Shown here piece by piece: positions 1-13,307 of a DNA stretch of 64,000 nt (position 1 is the stretch's first letter; the number at the start of each line of letters is the position of its first letter). Below the pieces are notes generated by a model. The model did no database searches and had not been told where the DNA came from. It saw only the letters and a list, made by a program, of their open reading frames with translations. This DNA comes from Trichoplax adhaerens. Its lineage: Eukaryota; Animalia; Placozoa. The DNA lies in NCBI RefSeq assembly GCF_000150275.1, contig NW_002060943.1, positions 10,510,209 to 10,574,208 of the forward strand, given 5' to 3'. The translations under genes and the position numbers were made by a program.

Positions 1-48
1 TAGTGTATTATTGGCTTTAATTGAAGTACTTCCATTTACCTTTTCAAG

Positions 49-1878
<1,830 letters not shown>

Positions 1879-3484
1879 CGATACTGACTCTTCAATCGTT
1901 AAGACTTTGAAATGAAGCCTAATCATGATATAAAAATTAGCATTAGCGGATGGCATACGAAGGTCCGCTTATTTAGTACACATTATAAATTCATGAACAA
2001 AAACGTATCCGTGATTGATCTTTCACACTCTCTTTTGATTGATAGCTTTGCCATAAGATTACGTTGCATTGGAATGTTAACTTTACGTACGCGTATTTTA
2101 TCGTTTAACATGTTAAATGGTTACGATTGAAATTTTGTAATCATGTTGTATCATACATACATCGTAGGATTAGAAAAATAGATTTCATTCTATCTGTAAG
2201 TTATGCTTTAACCGCTTTTACCTTAAAGATAGCTTTATAATCGTGATAATCTGTACACTGTGCTTGAGTACTTTTCTTACTTCTTGCAATTTCGTAAACT
2301 AACATTTATTCCAGAATACTTATTGGATTGGTTAAACAAGGCGGCTAAGCTCTATATACATACAAATATACGTACACTATACAAGAATAGCTACTAGCTA
2401 CGCATAAATACTCGGTAAAGTGCAATCACCGATTCTTATAGCGGCCTAATTTGACAGTTGCTGATAAATGTAGATTACCATATATATTTTTAATGTCAAG
2501 AAAATAGTATTAACTATAAGTTATCCATAGTTAAGTAATCCACTACTAAGCTGTGATTGTGTTAAAGTATAAATAAAGGTTCGATTTGTAATATTTGGTG
2601 TGAAACGTTCTCTTAAGAACCTTTGAGAGGATATCGTCCGTAAAGTGCAATTTACAGTTGTAAGTTTACGTTTTGGTACGAGTTATTCTTACCTTACATT
2701 CTCATGGCTATATAGTCTATCCAAAATGAGTGACTGCGAAAAATTTGCGTCAATCAAGTTTTTAAACACAAACCATAACTAGATCGGATGTGCGCTGTTT
2801 TATTTAGATATTATTATTATGTACAGCATAAAATAGACAAATATTCATTATTAAAACTATAACTATTTAATTAAGTCAAAGCTAAATAAATAAATGCTAT
2901 AACACACTAACAATATAATATTGCAGTATGCATGTTACGGTTTAGTTGCTGCCGCAGTCGTAAAATAACATTTGTTGCTAAAGAAACAATTTCGAACTAC
3001 GACTACAAGTGCTACAGTTACTACCGAAATCTCTTAATGCCACAGCTCGAAATTGTAAAAATCTATCAGATTTTTCACCTAAATGAATTAAATCTAAATA
3101 GCACTTACTAAACGCTTAGTTTTTGAATAGATAAAAGCAGTTAGCGAATAAATTTGTAAAACATATATCGTTATACCCCTAACATAGTATTGCCTAAGAG
3201 TAATAATACGCGTATATTTTATGATTTATCATGTTTTGTTGATGATGTTATAAAGGCGTAACAAATAGTATATTCAATCATAGTTCTAAATTTCAGTCAG
3301 TGACTAGTGTTTTACGTTTTTTCTTCCGATTACAATATAATCAATTTCTAAAAGTCAGCACACATGCATTTTAATTTCATCTAGCTTTTCATTAATGACG
3401 ATAAAGTCTTAGACTGACTATCACAGCATTACTGCCATCGATATGTAAATATCATCGCCTCTTATTCTGATATTAACCTATTTT

Positions 3485-5585
3485 TTAGAATATAGGAACA
3501 TAGTTATCGATTTTTCCTCGATTTCGTTGAGCAATACATTCAGCAATCCAAACGACATTCCGGCTTTCTTGTTCTTTTAACTTCAGCCAACCGTAGAAAA
3601 CCCCAAAATGAAATTGCTGCTGGAACGCTAGCACGTTCAATTTTACCTATGAATGATTAGAATAATGGTACTCCCATTACCCGGTTAATTTTCAGAGATA
3701 TGGTAAAACTAAGATTATCACATACCTCATGCTCGAAGAATCTGTCTTCGAGTGTTTTTTCTGAAGGTCCGTTACCGACGTTGTCAAAGATGTTACGATA
3801 TTCCTAATTAATCGTGAGAGTAATATATTAATTGTCCATAGAAATTACTACTTCAAACGAATAGAATTCGTAATTGTCTTACACCGTAGTATTGAGCAAC
3901 ATTTTGCACTTGATCATAGTCGTCTGCCTTAGCCAGCTTCACTAGACCGTCAGGGTACAACTGACCACAACGAGGATAAAGCTTTGCTCTATCATCCTTG
4001 CTCAATTCAGTGCCAAACGAGTTGATGGTTATAATGAAAGCACGCCTGTCTGCTTCAAACTAATTATATTTTCACAGATATGAAGATATTGGAATTAAGT
4101 GAGCTTATTAAATTAACGGCAATTCACGATTCGTTTTTATATTGTAGTATACTCGTATTTTCATTAAAATCAAATCGAACAATTTGTAATAAAGTATATT
4201 TACACGTAAAATTTGCCCCATAACTTCAGCCGTTGCACCCCCAATATTTTGACAGAAGTTGTAGAATGATTCCAGGTATGCCTTTTTATAGATTGCATAC
4301 TAACGTCAATTTTTCAGTTTTCAACCATTTAAATATCAATTTTATAGTATTTTTGTACAATTTCTATTAACAGCTATCTATACTTAGTATCTTTCCGTAA
4401 GCTATAATATAATATGCAGTATACTGAAGTATTCTATGCTACTTTACTTTCCTAGCGCGCTGTACGGAATGTTAAAGTACGATATACAGTACCTTATATA
4501 ACGTATTTCTGATTATTTCTATGTTCATTTCGTCCATGTCTTGTTCGGAGATACACTCGACAAAGAAAGGAGCTATGAATTAAGCGAGAATTATTTCCAT
4601 TAAAACTAACTTAATGCTAGATTATTAACATAGAATTGATGGATATTTACATATCCTGGCGTGTATAGTAGATACGCTTATTATCGGACCCTACCTAACG
4701 GTGTGTCAACAAGGACAGCGTTATACAACTCAGCTGGTGTTGATGCGATACTAATTGAAGCCATTTGTTCGAAACTACCTAAAGGATGACATTTAGGCAA
4801 TAGTTCCGAAATAGCACGTTGGTGAAGTGTACCAGTAATAAGTAAGATGATGTTATCAATCATGTAGCTGTAACTAGAAAAGTATTTAGGAATTTCAGTA
4901 ACGTTTTACAGTCAGGTCAAAGGCATATGCCTTCACCATATGCTATCAAGATGTCCTGTAAAATAAGACTGAAAACGAATTCGCATATTTAAGCCTTACG
5001 TGATATAATCCAAAAATTGGGATAATGGTGCTAATGAATGATTCCTAAGGTGTTGAAATTCAATTACTAGTTTCTCTCGGAGTTTATCATCGATAGTTGC
5101 GACCTGTAAAGGTGATGGTTCATTCTGAAGGAAAGTACCATAATCCGTACTTTGAAGATGCAACTTTAGATCTACGGTTATTGAAACAAATTAATTCCAG
5201 TTAATCAAGGCCAATGCGCGTAGAACTTTATCGGATTTACATAGATTCCTATATCTATTTCTTAACTCAAAATTGATCTGTTTAAAGCAGTATTACAGCA
5301 CAACTGACAAGAAAAGTTTCAAATTTACAAATGTCTAGCAGGCAAAGGATCGGCGTAAATATAAATTCACGCACTAATCTTCCACTATCGTACTAACTTG
5401 AAATCCATGTAGACTACAGTACGCTTCGGGAATGTCGTACTGTAACATTATGTCTTACCTTCAAGGGTTTCACATTGAACAAGATTCAAGTAGTCGCCTT
5501 GGGTCAAAATACCACTCCGAAAACCGCGACACAGACCCTCTAAATAACCGTGATCTACGTTGAATAAAAATTCTGAATCGGCCAT
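3485..5585 (-). CDS. ATP6V0D1: V-type proton ATPase V0 subunit d; 8 exons
   Basis: ATG at 5585 gives [42 protein letters not shown]. Internal [28 protein letters not shown] and [20 protein letters not shown]-terminus [21 protein letters not shown] (stop 3485-3487). Confidence 0.97.
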
Positions 5586-5739
5586 AGCGAAATGGAAAAG
5601 TTTTTAACGATTAGTCCAGCTGATAAAAAGAGAGTGGTCCAAATTGTACACTAGTTATATGTACAGCAAGTACTAGTACTGAGCGTGTATCTGTAAACTG
5701 CTGCACCGTACTAGAAGAAAAAATATGATATCATTAACT

Positions 5740-6240
5740 TTTATGGATAGGATACTACCCGTATATCGGTACAGTACATGCAGACCGACAGAAATTTGTA
5801 CCGTACGATACGGTATTGTACAGTACATGGCTGAGTACTCACGAGTCGTAGAGTTCTGTACTGTACTGTACTGTACAACAAACGTTTGAAGACCAGACTC
5901 ACAAGAGGATCATGTGAGCAACGAGATACAGTACTGTACATTACACTGTAGATTACAGTGTACAGTACGCCCATACAGTATACAGTACTGTAAGTATGCA
6001 GACCGATGTGCAACACTGTACTGTACAGTACAGTAGTCTGTACTATACCGTATGTCCGATGCCAGATTACAGTACTGTACTGTACTGTATGCCTGACAGT
6101 CAAAACAGAGTTTGGGTAATTTCTTCGCGTGTGTACCGTGTACTGTAGTTATTCCTCTGCTTCTAGTGAACACCGAACTATTCTCCAAAACGATACATGT
6201 ATATACTGTACAGTCTATAGTATAGTGTACACATTCCATC
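5740..6240. repeat. Degenerate (ACAGT/ACTGT)n pentamer tract upstream of the V-ATPase d gene
   Basis: Runs such as ctgtactgtactgtactgtac (~5856-5876) and acagtactgtactgtactgta (~6068-6090), in both orientations. Confidence 0.9.
5910..5917 (+). promoter_or_regulatory. Candidate M-box/CLEAR-type site (MITF/TFE family)
   Basis: TCATGTGA about 325 bp upstream of the V-ATPase d ATG. Single 8-mer only. Confidence 0.35.
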
Positions 6241-7212
6241 ATGAATTAATTACTACATAACTAGTTCTATGGGATACGCCGCAAATTAATTCATTACTTT
6301 AAACTTTCAAAATTGATCGCAGGGACTACAGTTAGCTCCATTGTATAATTTATGTTCTACAGTACGAGCATATTGACAGTACAAGTACATGCAATAATAA
6401 TAATATTAACAATTAATAATAATCCACGACGTATAAATTAACACATTTTAAAATTAAAATTAACTAGGATTTCATCTACAATGATGAACAGCTAGTTCTT
6501 GAATTGAATTACATCATTCATATGAATAAAAGTAACGATTATACTGTAGCAGTTACTAATAGTAAGAAGTAACACTCCCTACGAAATCGTCCATATATGT
6601 ACACTAATACAGTAGCGATTTCAATGACAAAATAAGAACACATTCAATACACATCATCGTCTTACGACATTCTCGAAGACTTTATAACGATCACATTTAC
6701 GTGGCTATCAACACAATAAGAAAGTAGTCAAGTTAATTCAAGTGGATACGTAGCTTTATTAAAAATAATTAAAAGAATTCAGTAAATCGGTTTCTATATC
6801 TTTCGAATAAACAGAATTGCGCTTGTCAGTAACATTACAGATGGTGCTAAAGTAATGTATAATTATAATCGATCCCTGCTTAACAAAAATTTCAAGTGGA
6901 TAGAAGCGTCTGAGCTTAGATAAATATTGCTACGTTTAGTGTTCGTGATTATTTGGAAAACGCTTCAAGTTTCATTCAAGATATGTTTAATGTGACAGTA
7001 GTGCTGTGCATTCACTGGCAGCCTTAGCAAATCGCAAAATTTTAGCTTATTCTACTGAGTCATAAACACAAAAGTTTCAAAGCTTTGCTTCTACACTTTG
7101 GCGAGTTTACTGCATGGTGGCGTATACTAAATAAAGAACACAGTGGACAGTCATGATAGCACAGTAGATCAAATTAAATTAACTGCTGTATATAATTTTT
7201 TAATAGCTTCAA

Positions 7213-9781
7213 TCAGTCGCGTTTGTTTTGACCCAAGTTTTTCTTTTTCATACATTGAGAAACGATTCTACCAAATTGAAATTGGTAAAAAAATGCAGAT
7301 ATCCTTAGGATGGGGAGTAATATAATCTGTAAAGAAAATATGCACCTTATATTAAAAGATAATTTGTTGTAGATGATCTGCTGTCAATAATTATCAGATA
7401 GGTAGCTAGCGGAAGATGAAATCAAGATTGCAAATATGAGGTCATTTATCTACGCATACTTGTATGATCCCGTCGATCACTGACGCCGCTGGAGCCATAC
7501 CAGCTGTTATTATTGTCAAAACATTTCCTTCAAAGCCAACGGGGATAAAAAAATCTCCGTTCTGTGTACAAATGATAAATACACTTTACGATGTCATTTG
7601 ATAAGAAACTAAAAATATCAATTGCCATAGTAAAGATACTACTGCAGTTCACATCGTAAAAATACTGCAATACCCTAATAATACATTTTGACCAGTGTAA
7701 ACAGATTTATATGTTAACACGCTCTAACCGTAATTCCCTTTAGAATGTTATCAGCCACGAAATCTGATGTATATAATCCCGACGATTTGCTAATAATCAC
7801 GGTTTCCTCCGGCTAAATAGACGATAGAGATTTTAGTGATCTTACAACCTCGCAAAGTAGGAAGGTAGACTTTAGTTTAACAACATATGAAGTACTCTAT
7901 GGATTATATAACATGGAAAAGCCCACTGTGTGATTATTCTACCCAATTTTATGACTAATATATTAATGTAGCATTAACGAGAAGATAAATCGTATAATAT
8001 TGAACATACTTATAATGCAATATCTAATTCTATTACTTATGAGTTATAATAGATGTAAACTGCCTTAATAATACAGCGCAGACGTACAACTCCTCTTTCG
8101 ATTTCTTCTTTATATCCAGGAGTATCTGTATCTGGTGGAAAAGCTATTGAAACGTTAACCCCATAAGGCTTAACCTATATTAAGAAACAATATACGAAAT
8201 TTTAAATATAGTCTATCGAAATATTGTTATCGTAGTATAATCCTTTAGCCTCTTACTTCCATCCGTAAACATTCTGCTAAGCCTCGGAGAGCAAATTTTG
8301 AGGCACTATAAGCCGTATAACCATAAAGGCCAATCTTATGTATACAACAGTAATAATTGATCAGATAGACCATTTTGTAATAGTTTGTTTTATCCAAATG
8401 GGCTTTCGATATAGCAAAAGTCTCGTATATTTGGATATATTTCCTGCCTGAGATTACGCACCTGACCCGCCTGAGAAGAGGTGAAAACAATAGTACCACT
8501 TCTCCGAGATTTCATACCGTCAATAACAGCTCTTGTTGCAAACACACTTCCATGATAGTTAAGCCTCATTAAGCGCTAGTTAAAAGTAAAATATTACACA
8601 TGTTTATATTTATTATGTAAAATGTTAGAAGTAAAATCTGTAATTAAAAGAAGATCTTTTCAACTTAAACTTACTTCAAAGTCTTCTACGGCAGTATTTT
8701 CAAATGCAGATGCAACTGATGTACCTGCACAATTAATTAGAGCATCAACTGGTCCTAGTTCTGAGCAAGCCTAGATGAACAGCAATATTCAGCTCAGTAA
8801 TATTATGCATATTTGATATTATTAAATTGTACTTCTAGTAGATAGACCTATTTCTCATGAGACTTTCGTGTACAATCAATCAAACAATATATAAATCATT
8901 TATTAAAACATTTTGAATCCTTATTTAAATCGTTATTTGGTTTTCGATAGAATTATCAAGTGAACTTTACCTGATCGATTGCGTCCTTCACTTTCTGATA
9001 GCTAGCAGAGATATCACACGCAACGGTAGTGACCCTTTGCGACTCTTCCATATTTGCTCGCAAAGTTGCTGCTGCAGCTTTTAACTTCGCCTGAAATGAT
9101 AAATTCTTATATCATTTAGGATGTATTGGTAACAAAAGTGCGGCATAATATATTGTACAAATACATTGTGTTGTAGATCAAAATTCATAACTCTTTAGAA
9201 AGGAAAATTCGCCTACAGGCATGTGTTCCAAGTACTGTACTGTAAGGTGTACACTGCATAGTGTATAGTCATCAATAGCAACAACATTAGTATCAGTACA
9301 ATGCTTACGTCTGTGCGCGAAAGTAACGAAATATTTGCTCCTTTTTTGGCTAACCTAATAGCCACGGATAATCCAATGCCTTCAGACCCACCGGTAACCT
9401 ATAATGCCAATAAAAAGATAAAATTTGATCACTCGTATACGCATATGTACGTACTACCAAATTGCCAATGGGCGATTTGTGTATGTTGCAATCTGAAGAT
9501 CCATTCGATACATTCATCACGAAACTAGTTGTTTATTCAACAACTGTGCAATACATTGACCATGGACCCATGGGCCATGGGATAGTCCAGTGCTACATAA
9601 TGCCAACTAGTGAATAGCAAATACAAGTATTCCCTAGATATTACTAGCAATGTTAATCATTCAATAATTTCTTTATACTAACCAAGACATGTCTATTTTT
9701 AAATTCTACTTTAGACTTTCTTGTAAATGAAATGAAGCCAATTAATACACCAATGCCCGCAGTAATCCAAATTGCAAGCAT
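7213..9781 (-). CDS. KDSR: 3-ketodihydrosphingosine reductase (SDR family); 10 exons
   Basis: ATG at 9781 gives a hydrophobic N-terminus [21 protein letters not shown] motif [14 protein letters not shown], catalytic YSASK in [23 protein letters not shown]-typical [10 protein letters not shown]-terminal hydrophobic segment, TGA at 7213-7215. Confidence 0.93.
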
Positions 9782-9949
9782 TTTGCAAATCTGCGTGGAA
9801 GCAACTCGATGGTTACTTCTACAATATACACTAAATATGTTATATAAAGTCTATATAATTATATTTATTCTCGAAAGTATAACCTGTAATTATTATTACT
9901 ATTACAGTTACTGGAAAGACAATCAACAAGCTTTTATACAATAGATCGA

Positions 9950-10030
9950 TCGTACGGTACCATTGATCTGTATGACTGGATACAGTACAGTACAGTACAA
10001 TACAATACTGTACAGTATTGTACTGTATCC
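9950..10030. repeat. (ACAGT)n tract in the KDSR/Snail divergent promoter
   Basis: tacagtacagtacagtacaatacaatactgtacagtattgtactgta at 9981-10027. Confidence 0.9.
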
Positions 10031-10107
10031 ACTCATACAGATCACTAGGGAATACAGTGCACTTGCTGATCCTGGGAATAGTACCGAAGAATTATGTAGT
10101 GCAAGGC

Positions 10108-10116
10108 TATAAATAG
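10108..10116 (+). promoter_or_regulatory. Probable TATA box of Snail
   Basis: TATAAATAG about 90 nt upstream of the SNAG ATG at 10206. Confidence 0.5.
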
Positions 10117-10205
10117 ACAAACAAACTGGCGGTTAAAGTAGTTTGCTGCGGCGTAGCTCGTTTACTTCCAGCAAGATTTAAACATAACAAGCTCGCATTA
10201 AAATA

Positions 10206-13200
10206 ATGCCTCGATCGTTTTTAGTTAAGAAGAAGGCAAATCGGAAGAGCAGAAGAATATCGTGGCCTTCTTACGATAGCGATGAATGTAAGTTAACAGT
10301 AACTAAAAGTGTGCATGCTTTAAGTACAGCAACAGTAGCAGTGATGTACCTAATTACAAAGTTTAGAACATTTGTTGTCTCACGTAATCCATGATAGACT
10401 GGTCTCATCTCAGATAGCGAAAATCAAAATGCTATGCTTCGATCATAAAAGCATGACAAAATAAGTATCGGAAAACCACTGTGGATAGACTATTACTGAA
10501 AAAACTCATATTAACTTGTAAAAGTATTATTACTGTATTTGTAATCATTCAAGGTTTAGTTATGAATTGCATACCAAATACCTGTATTGATGCTCCCATT
10601 GCACTGTACACTGCACTTGAACTGTATTATGGCTTGTTCATCGAAGCATCCAAGTCGTAATCGTTTTCGAAATTAGTTAATAATGAACTAGTAGCCTATG
10701 AGCGTAAAAATACCCTATGCTCTGTAATTATACTGAGATGACTAATAACTATTTTCTAACCGCCGATATTTCTAGTAATAAGATAGATCTGCAGAAATTG
10801 ACATACCTAGTAATCAGATTTGTTTACTGTTAAATTTACAACTATGAATCGTGTTACTGCAGGTGTTAAAGGAATAACTGTAAAGTACGTGCTTTTATAG
10901 TTCAGTAGGTGTTGAGGGTTGAGTTAGCCTCCGTTAGAGGCCAGTAAAGTACGGCATCTGCTACTTTGACCTCATAAATTCCAGACTGTAGTTGCATATC
11001 CATTGCTTTACAAATTTAAAATTATACATCTGCAGTCGGATTATATTATTATGTCGTACGTCACCATTTTTAGATCTCCGTTTCAAAAAAGCACTGCCTC
11101 TATTTTGTTAAACAGCAAAACAGTAAGAAAATAAATCTATATGGCAGCATCCTTCTACACAGACAGCAGTTTCACCCTGATCTTTTACCATTACATACAT
11201 TTATTAACACCTGTTGCACCGGTCATTACAAATTAGAGTATGTTACCAGGTATACGACTGTCTGCAATCATTGAAAATGTCTTTTCGAAAAGTTTATTGG
11301 TTACCAAGTATCATAATTTTTGTTATCGAATCCCCTATGGTCTATTTGTGTCGACATTAGCTGTGTACTTGTCCTGCGTTTTACAAATAATAAAAAACGC
11401 CCTATCCAGTGCATTCCATTTAGAGAGTCTCTTGGGACCCATGTCTGTTGGGATTCTGAGACCCGTTGTACTGATCTATTGAAATTCTCTAAGGAGTCTA
11501 ACGACTGTCAATGCTAAGAATACTGCTTTAATGTTTTACGTAGTGCACTTTAGTAATATTATAATAAATTTGGGAAGTTATGACGTAGAAGGTAGTAACG
11601 TAGTAACCAATGTCGAGATATAAAAGTATTTAATTACCTATAGTGTCTTATGTGGAGGAGGGAATAATTCCTTTCCCTCAGTGTATCGTAGTCAAGTAGT
11701 TCACCCTAACACTGGCTTGTAAAATGGGTTTGGACTGCGAAATGTTTATTGAGCAGTTCCCTCAAACGAGTCTATCGCTGATATTAATTTTAATGATTAA
11801 AAGTTGTACTTTAAACCGCAATTTCTTCAAACTGTCTATTGCTCTTTGCCAGTGATATTGTAGTATCGTGTTAGTGATGGTTTATTATCAATTAATACAC
11901 TTGTCGTCTCTATTGACCCCTGATTATAGATACTACTGCTTTTCAAAAAGTTGATTCCAATAATTAATCGATTACCATTTACAATCACCTATACCGTAAT
12001 CCTTGGGTAATTTGTTTCTTCGTTATAAAATAGGAACTACTGATTAAGTTAAATATGAAGCTATATCTCTGCAGGGTTGAATAAATATGTATACTGCATA
12101 AATACTAGTAGCTTAAATCTTAGCATGCTGGCTTAGATTAATGGTTATACAGTATTACCGTAAATTATCAGAACCTCTCTTTAGCATCTATTAATTAAGT
12201 CAGAAAGTGTCCTATAACTTTAATCGACCTATTAATCTTAAATGTGTTTTCATGAAAACATTAATGGGCTCTATGGATAGGTATAAATTAAAAACCTACT
12301 TATAACCTCAATTACGAATTGGCCATTATATAAAACTCTAGTGTCTGAAGTAACAATTGAAATACGCTTGATCAGGATTTCTTTTCAGTAATGCAACATC
12401 GACTATATTAACTATTTAATAGCGGATTAAGCTACAATCATATATAACATTATTGTTTATTTCAGTAAATTAGCTGTAGTGATCATAACATCGCTTCTCA
12501 TGTTTATTATTATTATTATGCAAGATTAGGTTTAAATGGTAGCTCGTATAATTTCCATCATATGACAGTACTATAATACTATCATAATTTAATTACAGTG
12601 ATTGCAAATTTAATTGATTTTACAATACTATTTCTTGATAATTTATTGATATGATAGCTAGTCACCCGCATTTACAGACGAATGGGCTGGATGATGAAGA
12701 TGAGGGAGATGATAACATAGAAGAAAACAAATCTATGCTTGCTGACCGCTATCAATCTTTGTCCGTCGGTAGTAGAACTCCAACTCCAACTAGCTCAGAG
12801 GAAGATGATAATAGACGTAAAGGAAACAACTGTATAATAACTAACCAATATAATACTGCATCGATACCCACTAACATAACTGAAGAAAATATTTCAGTTC
12901 AGAAGGATGATACGAAAGATATGATCTATCATGATGGAAAAAATTTTGTATGTAAGCATTGTAACAAGGTATATGCATCACTAGGAGCGCTTAAAATGCA
13001 TATTAGAACTCACACTTTGCCATGCAAATGTAAAATTTGCGGTAAAGCGTTCAGTCGGCCATGGCTGCTGCAAGGACATATCAGAACACATACTGGAGAA
13101 AAACCATTTGGATGCGAAAAATGTAATAGGTCATTCGCTGATCGTTCTAATTTACGAGCACATATGCAAACCCATGCAGAAATCAAGAAGTATAGTTGTT

Positions 13201-13307
13201 ATAAATGCCGTCGGACATTTTCTCGATGGTCTTCGCTTAAAAAGCATGAGAATTCGTCAAATTGTCAGGAAATCAAAATAATTCGATGCAATAATACTCT
13301 TAGCTAA
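10206..13307 (+). CDS. snail: Snail-family zinc-finger repressor, 243 aa; exons 10206-10287 and 12658-13307
   Basis: Exon 1 encodes canonical [13 protein letters not shown]. The phase-1 intron GTAAGT(10288)...GATAG(12657) joins in frame. Snail-type fingers [40 protein letters not shown] and [14 protein letters not shown], plus a terminal C2HC finger; 4 fingers in total. Confidence 0.95.

Noticed and set aside
5741-6242. ORFs rich in STVQY/YCTVL (also 9923-10120, 42812-43015, 52617-52883)
   Set aside because: They are translations of the stop-free ACAGT pentamer repeat in promoter regions, not proteins.
9560-9592. CCATGG-rich palindromic patch in KDSR intron 1 (also CAGGGACTAC at 6320) as further P-like copies
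   Set aside because: Only 7-10 nt match the family terminus and there is no flanking duplication; too weak to include.
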